Assembly (NCBI GenBank): GCA_013265495.1
Contig: MU058463.1
Span: 1,139,523 to 1,203,522 of the forward strand
Length of the DNA: 64,000 nucleotides
DNA from: Vicugna vicugna
Lineage: Eukaryota
Direction: 5' to 3'
The notes below the pieces were generated by a model, which saw nothing but the letters and a program-made list of their open reading frames with translations, was not told the origin of the DNA and made no database searches. This document shows, piece after piece, positions 63,637 to 64,000 of the stretch (its first letter is position 1; each line of letters opens with the position of its first letter). A program made the translations under genes and the position numbers.

Positions 63637-64000
63637 AGAGGGAAGATGGAGGAATAGGAAGCACCAGGAACCTACCTCCCCACCTAGATAACAATTGTAT
63701 GGGGAAGAATCTGTCTGATGTTCCAACTATTTTGGAAATCTGGGATTTATTGAAGGACTGCAACTTCTAAGAGAAGGCTTAGACTAAATTATGATTAAAT
63801 TAGGTCACTTTCAGCTCTTAGCAAGTAGCAGCTGTCCTATCCGTCATGAAGTAATGGTGGACTGGATGAGAAGCAGATGAATCAGCACAGCCATGGATAA
63901 TTTCACAGAGGAACAGGCCCCTATCAAAAGACTTCTGAAGTTTTACGGATCACAGGGGCCAGTGTGAGGGAGATGGAGAAGGGTCAGAAGTGGGAAAATA
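63637..64000 (+). mobile_element. 5' end of another old L1 (L1M-type 5'UTR), running off window end
   Basis: aagatggaggaataggaagcaccaggaa.ct..ctccccacctagataacaattg...agaatctgtctgatg...aactattttggaa. Confidence 0.65.

Noticed and set aside
1..64000. CRISPR arrays, operons or other prokaryotic systems
   Set aside because: The sequence is clearly mammalian and repeat-rich; no regularly spaced repeat-spacer array or gene-dense region.

Overview
AT-rich mammalian genomic DNA that looks intergenic or deep-intronic. It is most likely camelid: there is a vic-1-type tRNA-derived SINE, and I see no Bov-A, BovB or PRE elements. I can support no cellular protein-coding exon, RNA gene or CRISPR array. 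Every recognisable ORF belongs to a transposon: L1 ORF1/ORF2, Tigger1 transposase, and ERV-L gag/pro/RT. The window is largely repeats: young and old LINE-1, L2, MIR, MaLR and ERV-L LTRs, ERV1 LTRs, a nearly full-length Tigger1, and small DNA transposons. The most notable structure is a target-site-duplication (TSD)-flanked 2.9-kb L1 derivative (17880-20760). It keeps the 5'UTR promoter and ORF1 but lacks nearly all of ORF2, making it a half-L1/HAL1-like candidate. Also notable is an ERV-L gag-pro-RT remnant lying antisense between two related, co-oriented LTRs and interrupted by three later insertions. Other points are two 5'-inverted (twin-primed) L1s, a triple-nested LTR, a SINE fold-back and a consensus CTCF motif. 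Repeat family names come from my recollection of consensus sequences, not from a database search, and boundaries of old elements are approximate.
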